A DNA stretch of 64,000 bases from Myxococcales bacterium (lineage in GTDB: Bacteria > Myxococcota_A > UBA9042): the NCBI GenBank assembly GCA_037441385.1, contig JBBISH010000011.1, positions 1 to 64,000 of the forward strand, in the 5' to 3' direction. The notes beneath the pieces were generated by a model. That model saw nothing but the letters and a program-made list of their open reading frames with translations, made no database searches and was not told where the DNA came from. Positions 47,061 through 55,349 of this stretch are shown in pieces (within the stretch, counting starts at the first letter, position 1; every line of letters begins with the position of its first letter). Both the position numbers and the translations under genes were made by a program.

Positions 47061-47401
47061 CAGTGGGCCCTACCGCGGTTCGACAGCGCCCACCAAGGTC
47101 CCTATACTTCGCGGCGCTGCGGCACGGCCATTTGGGCCGCCGCCGCGCTGTCACCCCCAACGGGGACTGCCCCTGGTCCCGTGGCGCTTGCCCATGATCC
47201 AAGCCGTTGCGCTGGTTGTGGACGTTGAAATCCCGAGGCCTTGGGCACAGGGCCAACGGCGGGCTGCCAACGGCCACGGCATCCTACGCCTCCCGATTCG
47301 GCGGCCAGCCAGTCTGGCGTCTTCTGACCAGGCCAGGCAGGGCCACGCTGTCGGGACGAACCTGGGATTTGGTGCAGCAGAACGCAGTCTTGGGGATTGA
47401 A

Positions 47402-49084
47402 ATGACCCTTTCCGTAGCCCAGCGACCCGCGCTGATTCAACGCCTGCGCACAGAGGTTTTTGACCTGCTGGTCGTGGGCGGTGGCATCACCGGAGCGGGC
47501 ATCGCTCGCGACGCCGCCTTGCGGGGCCTGCAAGTCGCCCTGATCGAACGCGGCGACTTCGCCGTGGGGACTTCGTCGCGCTCGACCAAGCTCATCCACG
47601 GCGGCCTCCGCTACCTAGAGATGGGCGACGTGCCGCTGGTGTTCGAGGCGGTCCGCGAACGGCAACGCCTTTTGCAGCTGGCGCCGCACTTGGCGCGGCC
47701 GCAAAGCTTCATCCTCCCGGTGCAGGGGCACGTCAAACACAGTGTTTTCAAGCTGGACGTGGGTCTGACCGTCTACGATATGTTGGCGGCCGGCTCGGGC
47801 GTCATGCCGCACCGCGCGGTACGTCACAAGGCGCTGCTGCGCATGGAGCCGCTGCTGAAGTCCAAGGATTTGGCCGGCGGCGTCCGCTACTTCGACGCCA
47901 TGACCGACGATGCGCGCCTGGTGATGGCCAATGTGCGCGGTGCCTTTGAAGCCGGCGCGGTGACCCTGTCGCAACTCGACTTTCTGCAGCCGCGCCTGGG
48001 CAAGGACGGCAAGGTGATGGGCGCCGAAGTGTGCGATCAGCGCACGGGCGAGCACCTGCCGGTGGCCGCGCGCCTGGTGGTGGCCGCCGCCGGTCCGTGG
48101 ACCGACGAGGTCCTGCGGCGTTGGAAGGGCGGCTCGCCGATTCCGCCGCTGATGCCCAGCAAAGGGGTCCACGTGGTCGTGCCGCGCGCCCGCTTGCCGC
48201 TGACGCACGCGGTGATGATGACGTCGCCGCTGGACGGCCGGGTGGTGTTCGCGTTGCCTTGGCCGCACGCGACGGTCATCGGCACGACCGATACCGCCTA
48301 CCAAGGGCCGCTGGACGAGCCGGCGTGCACGCACGAGGATGCGGCGTACCTGATCGCGACCACCAATGGCTGCCTGCAGTCGCAGGGCGATCCACTTCAA
48401 CTTACCGATATCATTAGCACTTGGGCGGGTATTCGCCCGCTGGTGGCGCAGGCCGGGCACTCGGTCTACAAGACATCGCGCGAGCACGTGATTGCGTCCG
48501 ATCCGCGCGGGCTGGTGGCCATTGCCGGCGGCAAACTGACGACGTACCGCGTCATGGCCGAGCAAACGGTGGATGCGGCCCTCAAGCTTCTGCCGCCGGC
48601 GCGGGTCGCCGAGTGCAAACCGTGCGCCACCGCGAACCTGCCTCTGCCCGGGGCTACGGCGTTTTCCAGCAAAGTTCGCCCCCTAGAGCAGCTCCAGATC
48701 GACCTAGTGCGCGGCGAGGGCCAAAGCGAGGCCAGAGCCAGGCACTTGGCGCTCAACTACGGCAGCGATGCACGCGCTGTTCTAGAGAGCTGCCGCCAGG
48801 AACCAGAGGGCGATCAGCCAGTTCTGGCCGATTTGCCCTGGACCTGGGGCGAATTGGCGTGGTTGACCGCAAACGAAGTACCGATGAACCTTCTGGATCT
48901 GGCGGTTCGGCGCACGCAGCTTTACTATGTGGCGGGCGAGCGCCTGCTGACGGTAGCGGACAAGTTGGCCGAGCGCATGGGCCAGTGGTGCGGCTACCCG
49001 GCGAGTCGAGGGCCAGAGATGGTGGAACAGTTGCGCAATTACGTAGCGATTCGCCGCGTCACTCCGCCCGAGGCGGCTTCGTGA
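47402..49084 (+). CDS. glpD: FAD-dependent glycerol-3-phosphate dehydrogenase
   Basis: VVGGGITGAGIARDAALRG, GTSSRSTKLIHGGLRYLE, DDARL, GTTD, WAGIRPL, GGKLTTYRVMAE. Confidence 0.93.
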   Translation: MTLSVAQRPALIQRLRTEVFDLLVVGGGITGAGIARDAALRGLQVALIERGDFAVGTSSRSTKLIHGGLRYLEMGDVPLVFEAVRERQRLLQLAPHLARPQSFILPVQGHVKHSVFKLDVGLTVYDMLAAGSGVMPHRAVRHKALLRMEPLLKSKDLAGGVRYFDAMTDDARLVMANVRGAFEAGAVTLSQLDFLQPRLGKDGKVMGAEVCDQRTGEHLPVAARLVVAAAGPWTDEVLRRWKGGSPIPPLMPSKGVHVVVPRARLPLTHAVMMTSPLDGRVVFALPWPHATVIGTTDTAYQGPLDEPACTHEDAAYLIATTNGCLQSQGDPLQLTDIISTWAGIRPLVAQAGHSVYKTSREHVIASDPRGLVAIAGGKLTTYRVMAEQTVDAALKLLPPARVAECKPCATANLPLPGATAFSSKVRPLEQLQIDLVRGEGQSEARARHLALNYGSDARAVLESCRQEPEGDQPVLADLPWTWGELAWLTANEVPMNLLDLAVRRTQLYYVAGERLLTVADKLAERMGQWCGYPASRGPEMVEQLRNYVAIRRVTPPEAAS

Positions 49085-49923
49085 CCCTGCCTGTGCCCCC
49101 CAGCTTGGCTGCGGTCGAGGCCGTTTGCGATGCGGCGTGCGTGCTGGTGCGCGAACTGCTGACCCAGCCTTTGGACAGTCGCAACAAGGCCGATCACTCG
49201 CCAGTGACCGCCATCGACCTGGCCATCGACGCCTTCTTGCACCGCCAACTGCGCCCGCTGATGCCGGCCGCCGGCTGGCTGTCCGAAGAGACCGCCGACC
49301 AGCCCGACCGCCTCGACAATCCGTGGCTGTGGGTCGTGGATCCGATCGACGGCACCCGTTCGCTCATCGCAGGCAAGCCCGAGTTCTGCGTGTCAATTGC
49401 GCTGGTCCACGCGGGTGAAGGCCCTGTACTGGGTGTGATTGGCAACCCGAGCACCCACGAGCGCTGGAGTGCCCACAAGGGCCGCGGTGCCCACGACCAG
49501 TCCGGTCGCCGCCTGCAAGTGCGGCTCTCGCCGCCGGCCGACCCGATCGACCTACTGGTGTCGCGGTCCGACGCTCGGCTGGGTCTTTGGGACGACGTGC
49601 CGGGCCATCCCGACTTCCGCCGCGTCGGCAGTCTGGCCTACAAGATGGCGCTGGTCGCCGCCGGCCTGTGCGACGGGCACGCGACGCCCACGCCCCGAAG
49701 CGAGTGGGACGCGGCCGCCGGTGAGCTGCTGATCTCAGAAGCCGGCGGTGCTACTTCGGATTTGCATGGCCAGCCGCTGCGGTTCAACCAACCGCGTCCC
49801 CAGTACGACGGCTTTGTGGTCGCGAGCCGCGCCGCCTTTCCCAAGGTGCTGGACTTGGCGCGCGCCGCCAACCGCCGCTGGCTGGCGCTGACACGCAACG
49901 GCTCGGACCCGCGCCCAACCTGA
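49081..49923 (+). CDS. Inositol monophosphatase / CysQ family phosphatase
   Basis: SPVTAID, WLSEE, WVVDPIDGT, GSLAYK, EWDAAAG; GTG overlaps the glpD stop. Confidence 0.88.
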   Translation: MTLPVPPSLAAVEAVCDAACVLVRELLTQPLDSRNKADHSPVTAIDLAIDAFLHRQLRPLMPAAGWLSEETADQPDRLDNPWLWVVDPIDGTRSLIAGKPEFCVSIALVHAGEGPVLGVIGNPSTHERWSAHKGRGAHDQSGRRLQVRLSPPADPIDLLVSRSDARLGLWDDVPGHPDFRRVGSLAYKMALVAAGLCDGHATPTPRSEWDAAAGELLISEAGGATSDLHGQPLRFNQPRPQYDGFVVASRAAFPKVLDLARAANRRWLALTRNGSDPRPT

Positions 49924-50051
49924 TACCCCGTCCGAATCGGATGGAAAACTCGGGCAATTCTTCGGGCCCGAACCGGGGTCCCCGCCTGATTCTCGCCAGT
50001 TGCAGAACGGGTCAGAAAAGCCGTACAGGCGCGAATCAGGTGGGGTGCGTA
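49924..50051. repeat. Dispersed ~118-bp intergenic repeat, copy B (contains an 18-bp stem)
   Basis: Homologous to 18875-18991; CCCCGCCTGATTCTCGCC pairs with GGCGCGAATCAGGTGGGG. Confidence 0.75.
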
Positions 50052-50205
50052 CCAAAATCCACCAGCGAAATTGGCCCCGGCCGTCGATTTGGGATGCAAA
50101 TCAAGGCGCAAGAAGCGGAGCGACTGAGGCGACCTAGAGGTCGCCGCAGGGAGAGTAGTGACGCAGCAACGCCGAGTTGCGCCCAAGGCGGCGGATCGGT
50201 GCGTA
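50050..50205. repeat. Long imperfect palindrome, MITE/ERIC-like element
   Basis: Nested stems TTGGGATGCAAATCAAGGCG / CGCCGAGTTGCGCCCAA around a central GGCGACC-TAGA-GGTCGCC; GGTGCGTA at both 50044-50051 and 50198-50205. Confidence 0.55.
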
Positions 50206-50248
50206 TGAGCCCGCTTGCGCCGCAGCCCAAGTGTGCTTCAATGGCCCC

Positions 50249-50482
50249 ATGCTTGTTCGCCCGCCGCGCCGCCTTACCCTTGCCACCTTTGCCCTGGTCG
50301 CCCTTGCCGGTCCGGGGTGCGACCGGTCGTGTGCGCGTTTGGCCGAGCAGCTTTGCGAGCAGGCGAGCTTGAGCAACGCCAAGAACGCCGACGAGATTTG
50401 CGAGACGTGGCGCGCCCGCGTGTCGCGCGTGTCGCCGACCACCTGCCAGGGGGCCCTGCGTCGCCTTGGTCAGCAGCGGTGA
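50249..50482 (+). CDS. Small Cys-containing lipoprotein (77 aa)
   Basis: MLVRPPRRLTLATFALVALAGPGC signal/lipobox followed by four further Cys. Confidence 0.55.
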   Translation: MLVRPPRRLTLATFALVALAGPGCDRSCARLAEQLCEQASLSNAKNADEICETWRARVSRVSPTTCQGALRRLGQQR

Positions 50483-50486
50483 CGGC

Positions 50487-51989
50487 GTGAGCGATTCTGG
50501 CCACCGATCGCCCTTGCTCGTGCGCGACGAATCCCAACCGCTGTGGCGGCTGCGGCTGCCCGGTCCGCGCTGGATCTGGTGGACGGTCTCGTGCGCGCTG
50601 ATCGGGTTGTCGCTCGCGCTCTCGGTCATGGCACGCACTGTGCCCGAGCAAGAGCGAGAGTCGGTGCGCCTGGCCGTGCGGCTGTCGTCGCTGAGCTGGC
50701 GGCTGACGCGCTGGGCAGGCCTGGACCAAGCCAGCAGCGCCAAGACAAGGCGACAGGCTTCGACCCTGGGGGATTTGCGCAGCACCGAGGCGGCAGAACT
50801 CTTCCACATGGCGACGGCAACGGACGGCGCGGCCACGGGCCAGCCGCTGGCCGAAGAGGTGATGGCCCACCTTGTTGCGACGGAACAGGACGCGCTCGCA
50901 CAGCAGCTATTGCCACAGATCCGCAAGCCTTCTGCCGATTTACAGACGATCACGGTCTTGCTTTCCCAGCCCGCCACGGCGACCACCGCGGCGGCCGAGC
51001 GATCGGCACAGCTGAGCAGTTTTGGTCGCGGTTGGAGCAGCTGGACCCGCGATCGCTTGCGCTTGCGCATCTTTGGTCTGCCTGGCGCCACCGGGGCGTC
51101 GTCCCTAGCGGCCGAGTTGATTGAGCGCGACCGCGCTGTGACCGCAACGGCCATGACGCTGGTGTACGTGGTCGCCCTGGTGGCCCTGTGGGGCTTGTCG
51201 CTGTGGCTGAGCGCCTGGCTGCGGGCGGCCGTGCAGCGATCGCGCGGCCAGCCGCCGTGGGAATGGCTGCGGCGGCGCTATCCGGGCCTGCCCAATGACA
51301 ATCCGTACGCGGTGGACCGTATCGTGCCGTGGCTGGCGCTGGCCGGTTGGATCGCGGTGCAACTGGCCATGACGCCGCTACTCGCCATGCCGGGCCTGCG
51401 CACGGGATCGCCGTTCGGCGTCTTGATGGAGGCCATGGTGGGCCTGGCGGCGGCGCAGTGGGCCGTGACCTACCTCTCCCCCACGCGAGTTCCGTTGCTG
51501 CACGCGGCGCGCCTGGGCGGCGATCCGGCGATCCCTCTGGGCCGGGCCAGCACGGCTGCGCTGCGGGTCTTGGCGGCGCTTTTGCCAACGATGGCGGTGG
51601 CTTCGCTGTTATCGGCACTGTTCTCGACCGAAGCCGACCGCATCCATCCCGTCGCCGGGATGCTGCTGGCGAACGCCGACCCGGTCACGCTGTCGGTGGT
51701 GGGCATCGCGGCCGTGGTGGTGGCGCCCCTGGGCGAAGAGCTGCTGTTCCGCGGGCTGCTCTACCGCCACCTGCGGCAGCGACTGGGCATTCGGCCGGCG
51801 GTGTGGGTGTCGGCCCTGGTCTTTGCCGCCATGCACGGCTCGCCCAGCCAGATGTTGCCCTACGTCGTACTTGGGCTCGCGTTCGCGCTCGTGTACGAGT
51901 GGGTCGGCTCGCTGTGGGCCAGCGTCATTTTGCACAGCCTTTGGAATTTAGGAACTTTTGTAGTCCTAGTCTGCGCGGCGCTTTCCTGA
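50487..51989 (+). CDS. CPBP (CAAX/Abi) family intramembrane metalloprotease
   Basis: APLGEELLFRG, FAAMH, ILHSLWN motifs; multiple TM segments. Confidence 0.88.
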   Translation: MSDSGHRSPLLVRDESQPLWRLRLPGPRWIWWTVSCALIGLSLALSVMARTVPEQERESVRLAVRLSSLSWRLTRWAGLDQASSAKTRRQASTLGDLRSTEAAELFHMATATDGAATGQPLAEEVMAHLVATEQDALAQQLLPQIRKPSADLQTITVLLSQPATATTAAAERSAQLSSFGRGWSSWTRDRLRLRIFGLPGATGASSLAAELIERDRAVTATAMTLVYVVALVALWGLSLWLSAWLRAAVQRSRGQPPWEWLRRRYPGLPNDNPYAVDRIVPWLALAGWIAVQLAMTPLLAMPGLRTGSPFGVLMEAMVGLAAAQWAVTYLSPTRVPLLHAARLGGDPAIPLGRASTAALRVLAALLPTMAVASLLSALFSTEADRIHPVAGMLLANADPVTLSVVGIAAVVVAPLGEELLFRGLLYRHLRQRLGIRPAVWVSALVFAAMHGSPSQMLPYVVLGLAFALVYEWVGSLWASVILHSLWNLGTFVVLVCAALS

Positions 51990-52079
51990 CCAGCGCGACT
52001 TGGGCTGTTGCTTCTCGCGTGATTCTGCTATGCTCTGCGCGGCGCTCATTTTTGTCGCTGCGCCTGACCGGAGCCGCCC

Positions 52080-55000
52080 ATGCGCGTGTTGCGAAACGCC
52101 GAACTGCGAAGTGCCGTAGTTCGAAGTGTTGTGCCCTACCTTTCCGTTTTCGTGACCTTGGCCGGTCTGGCCGCCTGCAGTGACAGTGGCAGCGGCAACA
52201 ACGGGGGCAAGGTCGACCCGGCTGCTGCCACCGGCCTGCCGTCCGGTCAATTCAACACGTTCAACGACATCGACACCGCTCTGTCCGAAACCAAGGTCGC
52301 CGCCGGCACCGACGTCAAGGTCGTTTGCACCGCCTCGCCCGGCGCAGTCGTCGTGCCCAAGCCCACTTTCTCGCTGACGCCGGCCACCGGAATCAGCTTT
52401 GTGGGCGACACGATCAAGACGAGCAAGGCCGGCAGCTACACCGTGGCCTGCACGCTGGCCAACAGCAAGAAGCTGGTGGATGTGACGCCGGTCATCCTTA
52501 CCGTAGTGGCCGGTCCCGCCAAAGAGCTCACGGCTACGGTCAACCCGGCCAAGATCGCGGCAGGGGCCACGGCGCAGATCGCTTGCACCGGCAAGGACGC
52601 GTTTGGCAACCCGCTGGGCCAAGACGATCAGAAGTTCTCGGCTGTGACCAGCCCGGCCGAACTCGGAACCGTCGACGCCTCGCTGGTCGTAACCGGCAAG
52701 AAGGCCGGCAAGGGCGACGTGCGCTGCCAAGTCCCCAACATGACGAGCGACGCCAACGTGGTGCCGGCCAACTTTGAAGTCGTGGCCGGCAAAGCGACCA
52801 AGACCATCGCCACGGTCAGCCCTGGCGAAATCACCGCTGGCGACGCGGGCGCAAGCGTCACCTGCGAAGCGCAAGACGCGTTTGGCAACAAGGTCGACAC
52901 CGCGGACTTCACCATCGACCCGCCCACCGGCACCAGCCTGCAGGGCACCAAGATCGTCAGCACCAAGGCGGGCAGCTACGACGTCAAATGCGGCCTGACC
53001 GGCGTGACCGACAACACCGCAGCCAAATTGACTGTAAAGCCAGCCGCTTCGGTAGCATGGTCGCTGGCGATCTCGCCGGACAAGAAGATCTATGCCCAGA
53101 ACGACACCGTCAAAACCATGGCGAACGAAGAGGACCAGTACGGCAACGTGACGCCGGTGTGGATCAAGACGGACGTCACCGTGGACCCGGCCGACGCGGT
53201 CAAGGCCAACGCCGGCGGCGCCAGCTTCGACCTGCTGCAAGACGGCAACGTCACCTTTACCTACACGCATCCCACGCTCAAGACCAAGGCCGGCAGCAAC
53301 AAGGATAGCAAGACCATCAAGGTCGACTCCACGGGTCCGCTGCTCCTCATCAGCAGCCCCAAGCGCGGCGAGACCCGCGACGGCAACGTCAACGTCGAGA
53401 TCAAGGGCACGTGCGCCGACGAGCTGAGCGCGCTCAAGTCGCTGAAGATCAACAAGAATGACGTCGTCGTGGCCAAGGACGGCAGCTTCGCGGTGACCCA
53501 GGTCAGCCAGCCCGGCATGAACCCGATCGTGTGGGAGGCCGAGGACGAGTGGGGCAACAAGTCGAACGGCGTGCAGACCTGGTACTACACCACCAAGTGG
53601 TACCCGAACGACACGACCAAGCCCGAAGACGCGCGCGTGGCCTCGGGCATCGGCTTTTGGATGTCGCAGTCCACGGTCGACGCCGGCCCGCCGCACAACC
53701 ACCAGAAGCCCAAGGATCTGGCCTCGATCGCCGAGATCGTCATCGGTACCCTGGACCTCAAGAGCCTGCTCGGCTCGGCCGGTTTCCCCATCAACCAGGG
53801 CATCTCGGGCATCTTTACCATCAAGGACATCGCCATCAAGAGCGTGACCTTTGGCGACAAGACCAAGAACGAGGGCTTCCCCGAATTCAGCTTCACGGTC
53901 ATCAAGGGCGGCCTGCACATCGCCGCCAAGATCTACAACTTGAACGTGCTCTTGCAGCTCAACGTCGACGCCTTTGGCACCACGGGTTGGCAAGAATTCG
54001 TCGCGACCAGCGATTGGATCACCTTCGAAAGTGACCTGATGATGTCGCTGGATCCGGCAACCAAGAAGCCGGTGACCGAGCTGAAGAACACCAAGATCAA
54101 GATGCAGGACTTTGTCATCAAGCTGGGCGGCAACAGCCTGCCAGCGCCGCTGGACAAGCTGGTCACGGGCGCCATCAACCTGGTGATCGATGTCGTCAAC
54201 CAGTGGGTGGGCAGCACCTTCACCGGCTTGCTGGAAGGCATCCTGCAAGACCAAATCCAAAAGCAGCTGGGCGGCGCGCTGGGCAAGGCCTTCGAGGCCC
54301 TGGCGATCAACACCAAGCTGCCCATGAAGCCGTTCATCGGCGGCGGCGATGCGGTGGATCTGGACCTCAACTCCGCGCTGGGCCTGCTGGATTTCAAGGC
54401 GGCCGAGGGCATCTTGGTCGGTCTGGACGCGTCGATGACGGCGCCCAAGAAGGTGGAGCACACCGTGCTGGGCTCGTACGGTCGCGCCGCGTGCCTGCAG
54501 GCGAACGCCAAGGATGTGTTCAACCCGGCGCTGAAGTACGCGCTGGAAGTGGGCCTGGCCGATGACTTTGTCAACGAATTGCTGCACGCGCTGTGGAATG
54601 GCGGCTTGCTGCAGCTCAAGATCGGCGCGGCTGACCTGGGCAGTGTGGACCTCAGCTCGTTTGGCGTCAAAGACCTGAGCGTGGACACCGACTTCTGGCT
54701 GCAGCCGGTGCTCAACACCTGCGTGGCCAAAGACGGCCAGCTGGAGCTGCAGGTCGGCGACCTGAACATCCACGCCAAGCTGACTATGGGCGGCACGCCG
54801 GTCGACGTGTGGATGTTCGCCTCGCTGGGCGCCACGGCCGAGCTGAGCGCCGTCGCGGATCCGGCTACCGGCAGCAAGAAGATCGGCTTTGCGCTGAAGG
54901 CCGTGGACTTCCTGGAGATCGAAGTCACGCAAATCAACGCCGAAGCCAAGAACATGAAGGGCCTGTTTGGCACGCTGATCAAGACGGTGCTGGTGCCCAA

Positions 55001-55163
55001 GCTGTTGGGCAGCCTGGGCAGCGGCCTGGGTTCGTTCCCGCTGCCCGAGCTGGACCTGTCCACGCTGTCGCCGGCCATCCCCGCGGGCACCAAGTTCGCG
55101 ATCGACGTGCAGCAGATCGACAACACCGGCGGCTACACCTACTTGCGCGGCAAGATTAAGTAA
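52080..55163 (+). CDS. Large lipoprotein: tandem Ig-like domains + C-terminal BPI/LBP/CETP (TULIP)-like region
   Basis: GLAAC lipobox; repeated Ig-like units (AGSYxVxC, CxxxDAFGN); C-terminal ~510 aa with VGLADDFVNELLHALWNGGLLQLKI and LVPKLL..LGSFPLP, resembling BPI-family motifs. Confidence 0.65.
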   Translation: MRVLRNAELRSAVVRSVVPYLSVFVTLAGLAACSDSGSGNNGGKVDPAAATGLPSGQFNTFNDIDTALSETKVAAGTDVKVVCTASPGAVVVPKPTFSLTPATGISFVGDTIKTSKAGSYTVACTLANSKKLVDVTPVILTVVAGPAKELTATVNPAKIAAGATAQIACTGKDAFGNPLGQDDQKFSAVTSPAELGTVDASLVVTGKKAGKGDVRCQVPNMTSDANVVPANFEVVAGKATKTIATVSPGEITAGDAGASVTCEAQDAFGNKVDTADFTIDPPTGTSLQGTKIVSTKAGSYDVKCGLTGVTDNTAAKLTVKPAASVAWSLAISPDKKIYAQNDTVKTMANEEDQYGNVTPVWIKTDVTVDPADAVKANAGGASFDLLQDGNVTFTYTHPTLKTKAGSNKDSKTIKVDSTGPLLLISSPKRGETRDGNVNVEIKGTCADELSALKSLKINKNDVVVAKDGSFAVTQVSQPGMNPIVWEAEDEWGNKSNGVQTWYYTTKWYPNDTTKPEDARVASGIGFWMSQSTVDAGPPHNHQKPKDLASIAEIVIGTLDLKSLLGSAGFPINQGISGIFTIKDIAIKSVTFGDKTKNEGFPEFSFTVIKGGLHIAAKIYNLNVLLQLNVDAFGTTGWQEFVATSDWITFESDLMMSLDPATKKPVTELKNTKIKMQDFVIKLGGNSLPAPLDKLVTGAINLVIDVVNQWVGSTFTGLLEGILQDQIQKQLGGALGKAFEALAINTKLPMKPFIGGGDAVDLDLNSALGLLDFKAAEGILVGLDASMTAPKKVEHTVLGSYGRAACLQANAKDVFNPALKYALEVGLADDFVNELLHALWNGGLLQLKIGAADLGSVDLSSFGVKDLSVDTDFWLQPVLNTCVAKDGQLELQVGDLNIHAKLTMGGTPVDVWMFASLGATAELSAVADPATGSKKIGFALKAVDFLEIEVTQINAEAKNMKGLFGTLIKTVLVPKLLGSLGSGLGSFPLPELDLSTLSPAIPAGTKFAIDVQQIDNTGGYTYLRGKIK

Positions 55164-55232
55164 TTTCACAACTTGCACTGCATCGCGCCGGACTCGCCCG
55201 CGGCATGGGCGGCCTGCCGATCAAGGGCAAAC

Positions 55233-55289
55233 TTCGCAACAAAATGATTGCGAATCGGCGTTGCTTACTGGCGGCGGCCGCGCTAGGGT
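55233..55289 (+). promoter_or_regulatory. Palindromic operator plus sigma70-like promoter upstream of the PAD gene
   Basis: TTCGCAA-N8-TTGCGAA (55233-55254) followed by TTGCTT-17bp-TAGGGT (55261-55289). Confidence 0.45.
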
Positions 55290-55349
55290 GCATGCCGGTC
55301 GTGCGTCGACCGCTCCCAACTTCGCGGCTTGGCCGCTCCAGGTGAATGC

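Noticed and set aside
46489..47400. 303-aa ORF in the intergenic region
   Set aside because: It has an Arg/Pro-rich composition, no codon bias or RBS, and simply reads through the 12-bp repeat.
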